A program made the position numbers and the translations under genes. This document shows, piece after piece, positions 1 to 12,734 of a DNA stretch of 64,000 nt (position 1 is its first letter; every line of letters begins with the position of its first letter). Under the pieces are notes generated by a model. That model saw only the letters and a program-made list of their open reading frames with translations. It made no database searches and had not been told where the DNA came from. Source of the DNA: Octopus sinensis (lineage: Eukaryota); assembly GCF_006345805.1 (NCBI RefSeq), contig NC_043005.1:84816001-84880000 (forward strand), given 5' to 3'.

Positions 1-580
1 TTGATTCCAGACACTTCCGCTTTGTGTCTCTGTTACATCAATAAGATCACTCAAGAATCATTTCCAATAACCACTTCTGCATCTATTTTTACCATTTCCA
101 TCCATTTCTCAACCCACCATTTTCTAATGAATTCCAGTGTCCCCTTTTCCCCTTATCCAAACATGATTCTTCATAATCCTCCACCCGCATACTACATAGT
201 TTTGTCTCTGTTTCCCACATCTTTGGCGCCATCTTATGGCCGCTTATTGAATTCTCACTTCAACAAATACCTTTTGTTTTATACAGCATTTATGCTAATT
301 TATGTTAGATCTTGTTACATTTGTCTTAGGCGAAGGCGTGGCTTTTCCCCAAGGTGCCATGCAGTGGAATTGAACCCGCAAACCACATGGGTGCAGAGCA
401 AGTGTCTTAACCACACGGCCATGGCTGTGTCTGTAGAGATCTCCAACATTTTTAATTTCAATTTTATGCTGAGAATTCTTCACCCATGGTCACTGTTCTC
501 CTGATCTGAGAAACAAAAACCATTGATCACCATAATAAATTGTTTATTCCATCATATCTCTTCAATATTTGGTATTGCAG

Positions 581-606
581 AATGGAAGGAAGAGAAGTAG
601 AACAAG
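581..606 (+). CDS. Weak candidate exon (MEGREVEQ or NGRKRSRT)
   Basis: ttgcag| acceptor and AAG|gtatga donor; 26 nt, open in two frames. Short enough to be chance. Confidence 0.2.
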
Positions 607-719
607 GTATGAAGGTACTTCTTCATGAGATAAAGTTCAAATGATGATATTTACCAATTTCAGATAATTAAAGGTAATTACGCCAATTATACAACAGGTG
701 GAATTAAAGTGTTTACATT

Positions 720-983
720 ATGTATGCATGCGTGTGTGTGTGTGTGTGTGTTTGTGTGTTTGTTTGTGTGTTTGTGTGTATTATGTGTATGTGTGTGTGT
801 GTGTGTGGTTTGTGTGTGTATGTGCTTGTGTGTGAGGTTGTGCGTGAATGTATGTGTGTTTGTGTGTGTGTGTGTTTGTGTGTGTATATGCGTGTGTATG
901 TATGTGCCTGTGTATGTATGTATGTGTGTGTATGTGTGTGTATGTGTGTATGTGTGTGTGGTTATGTGTGTGTGTGTGTATAC

Positions 984-1022
<39 letters not shown>
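720..1022. repeat. (TG)n/(TA)n compound microsatellite
   Basis: Directly visible; explains the overlapping CV/HT/YI ORFs. Confidence 0.95.
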
Positions 1023-1026
<4 letters not shown>

Positions 1027-1432
1027 ATATGTACAGCTATATACGAGTGTAAGGGTGGCGAATTCGGGAATTGCCAAGGCATAAGAACTTCTTGCCATTG
1101 TCGCTGCAGTTCTCTGCATTATGAGTTCAAACCACTCAGTTGTTCAAATTTGCTACTCATAATTTGGTGATCAATAATTAATGTTTCAGTTCAAAAAACT
1201 AGAGTTGGCTGTGGTGGTGGTGGTGGGGGAAGTTTGTTCCTTCTTTCATTCCATCATTCTTTCTTCCTCCCTTCCTGGCAAAAGCAAAGTTAACTTGAGC
1301 AGGATTTGAACTCAGAACATATAGTTAGGCTAAATGCCACAAAGTTCATTTTGTCCAGCATGTTAACAATTCTGCCAGCTCTACTACTACCACCACCACC
1401 ACCACCACCACCACCACCATATATATGATGAA

Positions 1433-2205
1433 AAGAAATATAACAAGTAACTGCAGAATATGTGGAGATGGATAAGAAACAATAAATCATATTATCTCTG
1501 GCTGCCCAGTCCTGGCTGCCCAGTCCTGGCTAAGAAGGAATATATTCATAGACATGACAGAGTTGGAACCTACATACACTGGAAGCTATGCCAACATAAT
1601 GGAATAACAACAGAAAAAAGATGGTATAGGCACACACCAGAAAAGGTCACAGAAAACGAGAAAGCAACCATACTCTGGGATATGCCGATACACACAGATA
1701 GAAAAATTAAGGCCAACAGACCAGATATAGTTGTCAGAGATCACGAAGAAAAAAATGCTTTCTAATTGATGTATCAATACCAGCAGATGACAATGTGTCT
1801 CTAAAAGAAATGGAGAAACTTTCAAAATACAAAGACCTGGAAATAGAGGTAACCAGAATATGGAATCTAAAAACAGAAACAATTCCTATCATAGTAGGTG
1901 CATTAGGCATGATAAAAAAATATTCAGACAAATACATAACAAAAACACCAGGACTTATAAACACATATAACATACAGAAAATTGCACTACTAGGCACTGC
2001 ACACATCCTACGCAGAACACTTTCCATACAATAACCATCAGAGCATCACAACAAATCACAGCACATACCCAAGGCACACAGAGCTGCGCTCGGTAGGGAA
2101 GTGAAAGCACACTATAAAAATAAAACTACTGAATGATAATAATAATAATAATAATGATAATAATAATAATAATAATAATAACAATAATAATAATAATAAT
2201 AATAA
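1433..2205 (+). mobile_element. 5'-truncated R4/Dong-type (RLE-domain) non-LTR retrotransposon with (TAA)n tail, degenerate
   Basis: CRICGDG*ETINHIISGC (CX2CX8HX4C knuckle); RHDRVGTYIHWKLC; ILWDMPIHTDRKIKANRPDIVV..(F)LIDVSIP (PD..D endonuclease); EKLSKYKDL..IVGALG..LGTAHILRRTL*. Then ~95-nt 3' UTR and (TAA)n. One stop and two frameshifts, including a 14-bp duplication at 1498-1525. Confidence 0.9.
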
Positions 2206-2206
2206 T

Positions 2207-2417
2207 TCTTTTATCCTTTCATTTGTTTCAGTCATTTGACTGTGGCTATGCTGGAGCACTGCCTTTAGTCAAACAAATCGACCCCAGAACCGATTCTTTG
2301 TAAGCCTAGTACTTATTCGATTGGTCTCTTTTGCTGAACTGCCGAATGGTTGTTAAGCAATGCTATGTGGACAAACACAGCCGCACAAACATATACATAC
2401 ATATATATACATACATG

Positions 2418-2460
<43 letters not shown>

Positions 2461-2618
2461 GCTTCTTTCAATTTCCGTCTACCAAATTCACTCAGAAGGT
2501 TTTGGTTGACCCGAGGCTATAGCAGAAGATACTTGCTGAATGTACCATGATGTGGGATCAAACTGAGAACCATGTGATTGGGAAGCAAGCTTCTTACCAC
2601 ACAGCCACTCCTGCACCT
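2207..2618 (-). mobile_element. tRNA-headed SINE family A, full length, with internal (TA)n
   Basis: Minus strand starts AGGTGCAGGAGTGGCTGTGTGGTAAGAAG (A-box-like, with degenerate B box); body and 3' half match 50318-50732 and 54805-55198. Confidence 0.85.
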
Positions 2619-2689
2619 AAAAATAATAATAATAATAATAGTAATAATAATAATATTTGCTTTAAATGCTAGCATAAGGCCAATGATTA

Positions 2690-3545
2690 GAGGTGGGTGT
2701 TTAGATGATTTTATTGTCTTTAGTACTCATCCAGTACCTATGTTACTGACCCCAAAAGGACAAATGACAAGATTGCCCTTGGCTGAATTTGAACTCAGAA
2801 TGAAAAAAAGCATCAAAAGAAATGTTGCTGAGTGTTTTGTCTGATATGCTAATAATCCCCAAAGTTTGCTGCCAGAGTGATAATCCTTTTCATTAAAGGC
2901 ACAAGGCTTGAGATTTTGCAGAAGGGGGCTAATTAATTATATTGACTCTAATGCTCAGCTGCAATTAATTTTTTTTGACCCCTGAAAGGGTGAAAGGCAA
3001 AGTCAACCTTGGTGAAATTTGAACTCAGAATGTAAAGATGGATAAAATACTGCTAAGCATTTTTCCTAGTGTGCTAATGATTCTTTTCTTCTCTAGGCAC
3101 AAGGCCCGAAATGTTTGGGAGAGGGTCCCATTTGATTAGATCGACCCCAGTACGCAACTGGTACTTAATTTGTTAGGGTGGCGAGCTGGCAGAAATGTTT
3201 GCATGCCGGGCGAAATGCGTAGCCGTATTTCGTCTGCTGCTACGTTCTGAGTTCTAATTCCGCCGAGGTCGACTTTGCCTTTCGTCCTTTCGGGGTCGAT
3301 TAAATAAGTACCAGTTACGCACTTGGGTCGATGTAATCGACTTAATCCGTTTGTCTGTCCTTGTTTGTCCCCTCTGTGTTTAGCCCCTTGTGGGTAGTAA
3401 AGAAATAGGTACTTAATTTATTGACCCCAAAAGGATGAAAGGCAAAGTCAACCTTGGTGGTATTTGAACTCAAGAATGTAAAGATAAGATGAAATACTGC
3501 TAAGCATCTTTCCCAGTTTGGTAACGATTCTGCCAGCTCACTGCT
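2690..3545 (-). mobile_element. Cluster of SINE family B fragments; one hosts the 3172-3407 insertion
   Basis: Repeated reverse complement of GAGTTCAAATT..GACTTTGCCTTTCATCCTTT..GGGGTC..AAATTAAGTACCAG. Confidence 0.75.
3172..3407 (+). mobile_element. Young full-length SINE family B with 12-bp TSD
   Basis: GGCGAGCTGGCAGAAA..GAGTTCTAATTCCGCCGAGGTCGAC..GTAGTAAAGAAATA; CpGs retained; GGTACTTAATTT at 3160-3171 and 3408-3419. Confidence 0.85.
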
Positions 3546-3959
3546 TCTGCTGCTTAAATCATAACAATGGTAATCTAGAAGGATAGCATAAGAAGTATTC
3601 TGTAAGTGTATATGACTATGAAGAACTCTTGAGACATGTTAGGAAAATAAAAAAAAAACAATTCTAGAGAAAAAAAACATCAAAGAAGAAATATATATTA
3701 TAATGGAAACTAGAGTGCAATTAGATATGAAGACTTTGGATACAAGATACAGAGAACTCAGGAATATGGAGAAGAAGAAGTACTTATCTACTTTGAAGCA
3801 CAAATAACATTGCAAGATGATACCAAATATAGACCTTAATGGAAAAAGTATTAGTTCTCCGAAGACATTGCATTTTTACCAAAGTACAGAGAATGAAGTT
3901 CCTATAATACAACCTCATTTTATGAAATATTTTAACTGGTTTTTGTTTGTTTTTTTTAG

Positions 3960-3991
3960 GTATTTTATTGTTTTACCTGAAGCATAACCAG
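3960..3991 (+). CDS. Weak candidate microexon (GILLFYLKHNQ)
   Basis: Long T-tract + ag acceptor; CAG|gtaggc donor; 32 nt, open in one frame (phase 1 to 0). Confidence 0.25.
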
Positions 3992-4569
3992 GTAGGCGTA
4001 ACTGTCATCTCTGCTCAGAGCCTATTTTTTCTCTCCTTTCTTTTGCTATAAATTGCCAAGTTCTCTCTTCACACACACACCCACACACACACATGAGTGC
4101 CATTGAATGGTGGTATGGGATAAGGCTGAACACATTTAGTTATATATTAGGTGTTTGGCTGAATGGTTAGATGGTTGGTTTCCTTTTCCAGCCTTCGTGG
4201 TCCTTGGTTCAACTCCTCCATGTGATCATTTTTGATTTATAGCCATGCTTCAACACATAATTTGCGAATGAAACTGGGTAGAGGGAAACTGGACAGAAGT
4301 CTATTCGATGGTCAATTCCTGTAATTTAAAGGTTCACCCTTGTCACATACAAACAAAACAGACACATTCCCGTGTCACACTGAATCTGCTGAGGATTACA
4401 TTAAGGCTACATGTGACTGAGGTATACTCAGCCATTTGAATATTAATTCAAGGGTAGATAATTCAGTTCAGATCAAACAACTGAGTCTTCCTCATCAAAC
4501 AATGATGATCCACTGCTGCCACCACCACTGCTGCCACTGCTGCCACAGCCATTGCCAGCAGCAGCAACA

Positions 4570-4930
4570 GCAGGAAGCACAATGGCCCAGTGGTTAGGGC
4601 AGCGGACTCACGGTCGGAGGATCGCGGTTTCGATTCCCAGACCGGGCGTTGTGTGTGTTTATTGAGTGAAAACACCTAAAGCTCCACAAGGCTCTGGCAG
4701 TAGGTGGTGGCGACCCCTGTTGTACTCTTTCGCTCCAACTTTCTCTCACTCTTTCTTCTAGTTTCTTGACCCCGACTTCCTACGCAACCGCTGAACCTCT
4801 CGGTGTTGGGGGTTGACCTGCTTTCTCTTCTGCGGGTCTTACAAATAGCAAAGGACCAACGTTTCGGACTTCTCCCAAGGGACGAAGACCGCTTCATTCA
4901 ACAAACAAAGAAACAAACAAACAAACAAAG
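4570..4930 (+). mobile_element. tRNA-headed SINE family C with (CAAA)n tail
   Basis: A box TGGCCCAGTGG, B box GGTTTCGATTCCC, CpG-rich, followed by non-tRNA body and CAAA repeats; not a complete tRNA. Confidence 0.75.
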
Positions 4931-5139
4931 CAGCAGCAGCAGCAGCACCCCCACCACCACCATCGCCACTGTCACCATCAAACTTAACACCAATATCAGA
5001 ATGATAAGCCATCAGGTAAACGCTATTCAGAGATGCTGAAGGTAGAAAGTCGATACAAACTTGTCACTGGTTCAAATATGGTTGAGGCATGTTCAAACCC
5101 TTAAGAAAGCCTTTCCCTGTATTTTGCCAGGAAGAAAAT

Positions 5140-5515
5140 TTCTCATCATCACCATCACCATCATCATCACCATCATCATCATCACCATTATCCTCCTCAT
5201 CATCATCATCATCACCACCATCATCACCATTATCATCACTATCATCGTCATCAGCTTCATCATCATCATTATCATCACCAGCAACATCGTCACCATCATC
5301 ATCGTGTCTGCGACCAACACTACCAATGGCATCATCATCATCATCACCATTATCCTCATCATCATCATCACCACCACCATCATCACCATTATCATCACTA
5401 TCATCGTTATCAGCTTAATCAGCACCATTATCATCACCAGCAACATCGTCACCATCATCATCGTGTCTGCGACCAACACCACCAATGGCATCATCATCAT
5501 CATCACCACTATTTA
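5140..5515. repeat. (CAT)n array with two ~157-bp higher-order units
   Basis: Both units end in ATCGTGTCTGCGACCAACAC(T/C)ACCAATGGC. Confidence 0.9.
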
Positions 5516-5720
5516 GTGCCCGTTTTCCATGATGGCTTGGGTTTGATGGTTTGAGAGGAGCTGGTAAATCAGAAGACTGCTCCAGACTCCAATGATTGCT
5601 TTGGTGTGGTTGCCATGGCTGGATGCCCTTCCTCACACCAAACACTTTACAAAATGTACATGGTGCTTTTTTTGTGGCACCAACACCAGTGAGGTCACCA
5701 ACACCAGTGAGGTATGGGCA
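5510..5720 (-). mobile_element. RTE 3'-tail fragment
   Basis: Matches CCATGCTAGCATGG..GGATGCCCTTCCT tail family. Confidence 0.7.
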
Positions 5721-6049
5721 AGAACCCCCTAATTGGGAGTGGTTGGCATAGTATTGAGGGACAGGAAATGTCTTGCATTAGAAGAGAAGTAGGGCCACCG
5801 CAGTTGGAAGGTGAGAGAGAGAGAGAGTGAGAAGCTGGTGAAGATGTGACAGGAAGGGGGCACGGGCCCTAGACCCAAATCCCAAGGAGGTGTATAAAGT
5901 GAGGAAGACTGGGGATTGGAGAGGATGATTGGGTGGGTGAGGTCACAAAATTGCAAACAGAGAGTGAAAGCTGGGGTTGGGGATGTAATGCATGAGCACT
6001 GGTGGGTGAGGGGGTATTAGGAGGATATACAGTAGGGAGCATCCCACCC

Positions 6050-6414
6050 TGTAAAGTGGTGGGTGTGAGGAAGGGCATTCAGCCGCAAAAATGATATCAA
6101 GAAAGACAGTGGAGCTTGGCACACTCCTCTGGCTTGCCAGCTTCTGTTAAACTGTCCAACCCATGCTAGCATGGAAAACAGGTGCTAGCTGATGATGATG
6201 ATGGTGGTGATGATGATGATGATGATAATGATGATGGTGATGATGATGGTGATGATGTTGGTGATGGTGATGATGGTGATAATAATGATGATGATGATAA
6301 TAATGATGATGATAGTGAAGATGGTGGTGGTGATGATGGTGGTGGTGATAATGGTGATGATGGTGGTGATGCTGCTGCTGCTGCTGATGATGATGATGGT
6401 AAGGATGATGATGG

Positions 6415-6446
<32 letters not shown>

Positions 6447-6670
6447 ATGATGATGACGATGGTGATGGTGATGGTGATGATGATGATAATGATGATGAAG
6501 ATGGTGGTGATAATGATGATGATGATTATGACGATGATGATAGTGAAGATGATGACGATGAAGATGATGATGATGGTGATGATGATGATGGTTATGATGG
6601 TGAAGATGATGGTGATGATGAGACCGTGCCAACTAAATAATCTAACACTAACTTATCAAGATGATGATGA
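6050..6670 (+). mobile_element. RTE 3' tail followed by expanded (GAT/GGT)n array
   Basis: GGAAGGGCATTCAGC..CCAACCCATGCTAGCATGGAAAA then ~480 nt of (GAT)n. Confidence 0.75.
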
Positions 6671-6889
6671 TGCCAGGTGACCGATCAAAAGTAACAGAGG
6701 TCCACATCCTGTTACCAAATGTGCATGTGTTTCCCATTGGTCGGGCACTGAGCTTCCCCTGCCCATTCTTTTTAACCAGAAATGTATTTCATGAAGAGAC
6801 AAATTTTACTGCTGTCAGCTAAAAACCACAATAGGGAAGAATTCCTTGAGTTCACTGTTGGGCTTCTATGGATAGAGATTATCTTTAAT

Positions 6890-7643
6890 CTTTAATCTTT
6901 CACTTGTTTCAACTACTAGACTGTGGCCATGCTGGGGCACAGCTTTGAAAGGTTTCAGTCAAACAAATCAACTCGTGTTCCTCATCTTTTTTCAAAAGAC
7001 CATCTTTGTCTTTTACTTGTTTCAGTCATTAGGCTGTGGCCATGCTGGGGCACTGCCTTGGAGAATTTTTAGCTGAATCTATTGACCCAGTACTAATTTC
7101 TTTAAAGCTTGGTACTAATTTAATTGATCTCTTTTGCTGAACTGCTGAGTTATTGGGACATAAACACACCAGCACTGGTGGTGATGAGGGGGACAAACAC
7201 ACATACACACACATGGCAGACTTCTTTCTGTCCATTACATCCACTCACAAGGCTTGGGTTGGTCCAAAGTTACAGTAGAAGACACACACACGGTACATAA
7301 AAAGCGCTCCATACACTCTGTAAAGTGGTTGGCATTAGAAATGGCATCCAGCTGTAAAAACCAAGCCAAAAGAGACAAAATGGAGCCTCGACAGTGCTCC
7401 AGCTGGTCAGTTGCTGTAAGACTGTCCAACCCTTGCCACCATAAAATACATTAAATGATGATGATGATAATGATTATGATTTATAAGACAGGCTTCTTTC
7501 AGTTTCCATCTATACTAAACCCACTCACAATGTTTTGGTCAGCCCAAGGCTGCAGTAGAAGACATTTGCCCAAGGTAACACACAGTGGGATTGAACCCAG
7601 AACCATTTGGTTCGGAAGCAAACTTCTTACTACAAGGCCATGA
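6890..7643 (-). mobile_element. SINE family A fragments interrupted by an RTE tail (7300-7470, +)
   Basis: Family A 3' half, head at 7487-7640, intervening GGCATCCAGCTGTAAAAACC..(GAT)n. Confidence 0.7.
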
Positions 7644-8054
7644 CTGAAGAAAAAATTCATATATCATCAATCTGGTTATCACATAACCATGGAAACAATT
7701 TAAAAAATAAAAATTTCCATTATTTATTCTATTTATTACATTTGCGTGAGTTAACTAACATTTTATTCATTGATTGACGGAAGTGATGAATAAATGCTCT
7801 GAGAAAAACACCCACACAAACAATACAAAACACTACCCATGCCAACCCCTGCCATTGCTGCAACATCTTGATCTTGCCACAGCATAGTTTTGTAGTTTAA
7901 AACTGATAAACAGAAACTTCAAGACTAAATTGAATAGAAATCGATAAAAGAGAGAAACAAACCACGAACAGTTGAAACGAAAGAAATTAGACGACAAGTT
8001 TGAGTGGCGGAGACACAGAGAGCAAGGTTGTGAAGGTGTGACTGTGCTTGACAT

Positions 8055-8525
8055 CACTTACGAAGAAGAGGAAGAAGAAGATAGAAGAAGGAGAAGGAGA
8101 AGGAGAAGGAGAAGGAGAAGGAGAAGGAGAAAAAGAAGAAGAAGGAAAAGGAGAAGAAGAAGATGAAGGAGGAGAAGAAGAAGAAGGGGAAGGAGAAGGA
8201 GAAGAAGAAGGAGAAGGAGAAGGAGTAGAAGAACAAGAGGAAGGAGAAGGAGAAGAAGAAGAAGAAGAAGAAGAAGAAAAAGGAGGAGGGAAGGAGAAGA
8301 AGAAGAAGATGAAGATGAAAGAGAAGAAGAAAAAGAGGGAGGAGAAGAACAAGAGGAAGGAGAAGGAGAAGAAGAAGAAGAAGAAGAAGAAGAAGAGGAG
8401 GAGAAGAAGAAGAAGAGGAAGGAGAAGGAGAAGAAGAAGAAGGAGGAGGAGGAGAAGAAGAAGAGGAATGAGAAGAAGAAGAAGGAGAAGGAGAACAAGA
8501 AGAAGAAGTAGAAGAAGATAGAAGG
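8055..8525. repeat. (GAA/GGA)n polypurine tract
   Basis: ~470 nt almost entirely G/A on +; source of the E/K/R-rich ORFs. Confidence 0.95.
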
Positions 8526-8818
8526 AAAAAAAACCAATCAGACGTGTGATGGTATCTTGCAATATTTTTACAGCACAAAGAAAACACAATAAAAGCTCCG
8601 ACAGATGAGAGAGAACTAGTCAGGACATTAATGGTGGACGGTTATGAAAAATTTCTTTCTTTCTTTTTGTCTTTCTGGCCAGTTGAATAATTTGGAACGA
8701 ATTGGAGAATATTTCTTGGTTTTCAATAAAACAAGTAATAAATAAGCTAATACTGAGAATAATACACAATATATATATTAATATATGATGGAAGATGGAC
8801 GTTAAACAATGATGTATA

Positions 8819-8868
<50 letters not shown>

Positions 8869-8876
8869 ATATATAT

Positions 8877-8921
<45 letters not shown>

Positions 8922-9219
8922 GTCTATATATGTATATATATATATATATATATCATTGCTATTATGCAAAAGTGTCGTAAGTCCAAAACATGGCTTTTTC
9001 AGAAAATGACAAAGAAGTTTCACCATTCCATAGCGAAACTGTTATACTAAACTTTGTCGATTTTCCTATCTTGGCATCTGAAGCTGCTGGAGATACGAAA
9101 GTTTGACCAAGAGAAGTGGCTATTACAAGCAAAAATAAGTACTGAAAAAACGCATTTGGCCAAATTTGGACATACAACAGTTTAACATAATAGTAACGAT
9201 ATATATATATATATATATT

Positions 9220-9571
9220 TAAATGGATGAATGAATTATCCTTTGTTTACCGTTAACATGGAAAATTCAATAAACAGTTACCAGGGTAGCAAAATTCACG
9301 CAAATAACATGGATAACTATTCAAAGGTAGAAACTCCGGGTTAATGTGTAGTAATTTGTATAGTATAAGTAAATAAATGGAGTTGAACGAAGATGTTATT
9401 AAAATTCTTTTACTTTCGACATATATTTCGAAGACAACATGGTTTTATTCCAAAGGAATCTTTCCTGATGAAAAGATTGCATTTTACACCGTTTATTCCT
9501 TTGGAATAAAACCATGTTGTCTTTGAAAGTAAAAGAATTTTAATAACATCTTCGTTAAACTCCATTATTTA

Positions 9572-9575
<4 letters not shown>
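9220..9575. mobile_element. Penelope-like terminal fragment with ~80-bp inverted repeat
   Basis: Arms 9368-9459 and 9495-9573 are reverse complements; 9220-9350 recurs inverted at 29445-29580. PLE assignment is inference. Confidence 0.6.
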
Positions 9576-9639
<64 letters not shown>

Positions 9640-9703
9640 GGTTTTTCCATTACCAAATCTCATGATATATATATTATATATATTAAAAATGGGGAAGGCT
9701 GGT

Positions 9704-10165
9704 TTATGGGATTACCTTAGGTTTCTTCTTCACACATCTCTCCTCATCCATCTGTAGTACATGACCATACCAACGCAAATGTATCTCCTGCATGCTGATA
9801 CTGATGCTCCTTATGTCCAACATTTCTCTCAGAGTGCTTACACTCTGTCGTGCATGGACACTGACATTACACATCCAGAGGATCATGCTAGCTTCATTTC
9901 GATTGAGCCTATGCATGTCCTCTGTAGTCACAGCCCTTGTTTCACTGCCGTGAAGCATGGCATTTTGCACACATGCATCGTACAATCTACATTTCACTCT
10001 GAGTGAGAGACCCTTTGTCAGCAGTAGGGGTAGAAGGTTTCTAAACTTTGCCCAGGCTATTCTTATTCTAGTGGTGACACTCTCTGAGCATCCACTTCCA
10101 CTACTAACTTGGTCACCTAGGTAGCGGAAGCTATCAACTACTCTCACAACGTTCATCAATCATCA
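9704..10165 (-). mobile_element. RTE-clade LINE reverse transcriptase C-terminal fragment
   Basis: VVDSFRYLGD..RIRIAWAKFR.LLPLL..RLYDACV..MLHGSET..LRWYGHVL. Confidence 0.9.
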
Positions 10166-10171
10166 TACAGG

Positions 10172-10345
10172 TTCAACGTCTGCTTTCCATGCTAGCATGG
10201 GTTGGACGATTTGACTGAGGCCTGGCAAACCAGACAGCTGCACCAGGCTCCAATCTTGATCTAACAGAGTTTCTACAGCTGGATGCCCTTCCTAACGCCA
10301 ACCACTCCGAGAGTGTAGTGGGTGCTTTTACGTGCCACCGGCACA
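10172..10345 (-). mobile_element. RTE 3' tail
   Basis: CCATGCTAGCATGGGTTGGACG..GGATGCCCTTCCTAACGCCAACCACTCCGAGAG. Confidence 0.8.
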
Positions 10346-10799
10346 CCAAATAATCCATGCGTGGCTGAAAAATATATTTAGTAGACATGACCCAGAAGTT
10401 GTTGTGCTTCAATTACTATCGCAAACAGCAGTGGGTTTCTTCATTTTCCTACACATCGTTGATTAGTTAGAATTACCCAAATACGACAACTTTAACATAA
10501 AATAACTTCTAAAATACAAAATATTATCAAAAATACTGAAAGTAAATCCTGTTCAGCATGAGAAATTACACCATTATACAAAGTTTCAAACTGTTTAGTT
10601 AAAAAAAAAGGTAATTTATAAATCTGTAAGTCAAACTGAAGAGATCCCTTCTGTAAATGATGGAAGTAAGCTAGAAAGCTAAATCTTAGCGCACAATCCG
10701 TATACTTATTGATCAGACCTTGTATATATATATATGTATATATATATATAATTTATACTCGTGCACATATATACATATACATACATACATACATACATC

Positions 10800-10839
<40 letters not shown>

Positions 10840-10848
10840 TCACTACCG

Positions 10849-10887
<39 letters not shown>

Positions 10888-11239
10888 TATATATATGTAT
10901 GTATCTATTTTTGTGTATATATAAGGCAGAAATCCCCAGCAAAAGTCTTTAAAAATAACTTTATAGAGGAAATGGTTAAAATGAAAAGAAATTTCAAAAA
11001 TATAAATGAAAAATAAGAATAGAAAAACACCCCAAAAAGCTCCACAAAACAACCAGATGTAAATGAAAAGATAACAAAAAATCCAGAGATTTAAAAGTTT
11101 GACAACATACATATGGCAGAGGAATAAAATAAACAGGAATATAAGAATGAAGGAAAAGGAAAAGAAAATCAAACAATTCCACCCCACGCCCACCGCCATC
11201 ACACAATTTGCATAAGAAAAGATAAAAGAAAGAGAGAAC

Positions 11240-11554
11240 GAAAGAAAAAGAAATTTAGGACTATGGTTAGAGAGAGAGGGGTGGTGGACAGAGAGCCTGT
11301 GTGTGTGTGTGAAAGAGAGAGAGGGAGAAAGAAAGAGAGAAAGAAGGGAAGAAAGTGTTAGAGAGAGAGAGAGGCAGAGAAAGAGAGAGAGAAAAAGGGG
11401 AAAGAGAGAGAGAAAGAGAGATGTAATGGGGGAGAATGCAGACTAATGAAGAAACAAAATGAATAGAAAAAAGATAAGAGGTAAAAAAATAATAATACTA
11501 ATAATAAAACGAAGTATGTATGTATGTGTATATATGTATATGTATATATGAGTG

Positions 11555-11585
<31 letters not shown>

Positions 11586-11588
11586 GTG

Positions 11589-11620
<32 letters not shown>

Positions 11621-11630
11621 ATATATATAT

Positions 11631-11700
<70 letters not shown>

Positions 11701-11865
11701 GTGTGTGTATATATATATATAGATATATATATATATATATATGTATGTATATATATATATATGTGTATATATATATATATACATATATATGGGCATGTAT
11801 ATCTGTGTATGTATGGTGTATATATATATATATATATGGATGTATATATGTATATGTATATATGA

Positions 11866-11932
<67 letters not shown>

Positions 11933-11954
11933 CATGCATGTAAATCTGTGTATG

Positions 11955-12000
<46 letters not shown>

Positions 12001-12050
12001 GAATGGATGCATTTGTGTATATATATGTGTTTGTGTTCATGTGTGTGTGT
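11240..12050. repeat. (GA)n followed by long (TA)n/(TG)n
   Basis: Directly visible. Confidence 0.95.
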
Positions 12051-12495
12051 AGTAAAACTTAAATATGTTTGATAAGAGAGAAGAACATAAAGTTACTAAT
12101 AACGAAACAGAACTGGAAATCTTGAGAATTGGTAAACAGTAAATCCTTCAGTTCCTGTGATTCCATAGGTTTCATGGAAGCTTACTTTGTTTTAATACGA
12201 TAATAGCAGACTGCTACAGGATCATGAATTTGAGAAGACAGATAAGATATCAGAGAATGAGAACAACATATGCTACATTGCAGACAAGTGTATTTACTGG
12301 TGATGTACCAAAACAATAAAAATCAAAAAATGAGAGCTTGTTTATTGTTGATTGACCTGGTAGATATAGCAGCTAAATGTAAGCTAAATGTGATTCTACT
12401 GTTTTTAGAAAAATAAAAAAGGAAGAATGTATTTGAGTTTAATGTATATATCTAAAGATGCAGTACATGGACCTCTCGTCAGCATTGCATTCCAG

Positions 12496-12577
12496 GATCA
12501 CTGTTTGTTTTGACACTTGTGATATTCACACATCCAGAGAACATGGCCTGTGTCCTTCAAAGATGAATGCATTTGAG
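12496..12577 (+). CDS. Candidate exon (RITVCFDTCDIHTSREHGLCPSKMNAFE)
   Basis: cattccag| (or alternative atgcag| giving start 12464) and GAG|gtcagt; frame open throughout. Confidence 0.3.
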
Positions 12578-12734
12578 GTCAGTATACATGAAACATAGTT
12601 ATGGTGGGGATTCTTTACATGGCAATGATGGTTGTAATGGTGATGGTGAGAAAGAGAAGAATGGTGACTGGTGGGGATATGAGTTCGTTCTGGATGGTTG
12701 AATCATCCAACCCAACCTGTACTCTGTTGTACAG

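Noticed and set aside
1-504. 167-aa ORF at the window start
   Set aside because: Starts at TTG at the window edge, has no recognisable motif or splice support, and its 3' part is a SINE head in antisense.
4583-4650. Possible tRNA gene; likewise SINE heads at 23455, 38390, 45300 and 44955-45028
   Set aside because: A/B boxes are present but there is no complete cloverleaf acceptor stem, and each runs into a repeat body. They are SINE heads.
12498-12554. Minus-strand peptide DTGHVLWMCEYHKCQNKQ*, resembling the W.C..H C-terminal motif of some ROCO-type proteins
   Set aside because: Only 18 aa, weak AAG acceptor, upstream in-frame stop, no supporting Roc/COR exons found, and it overlaps a plus-strand candidate exon.
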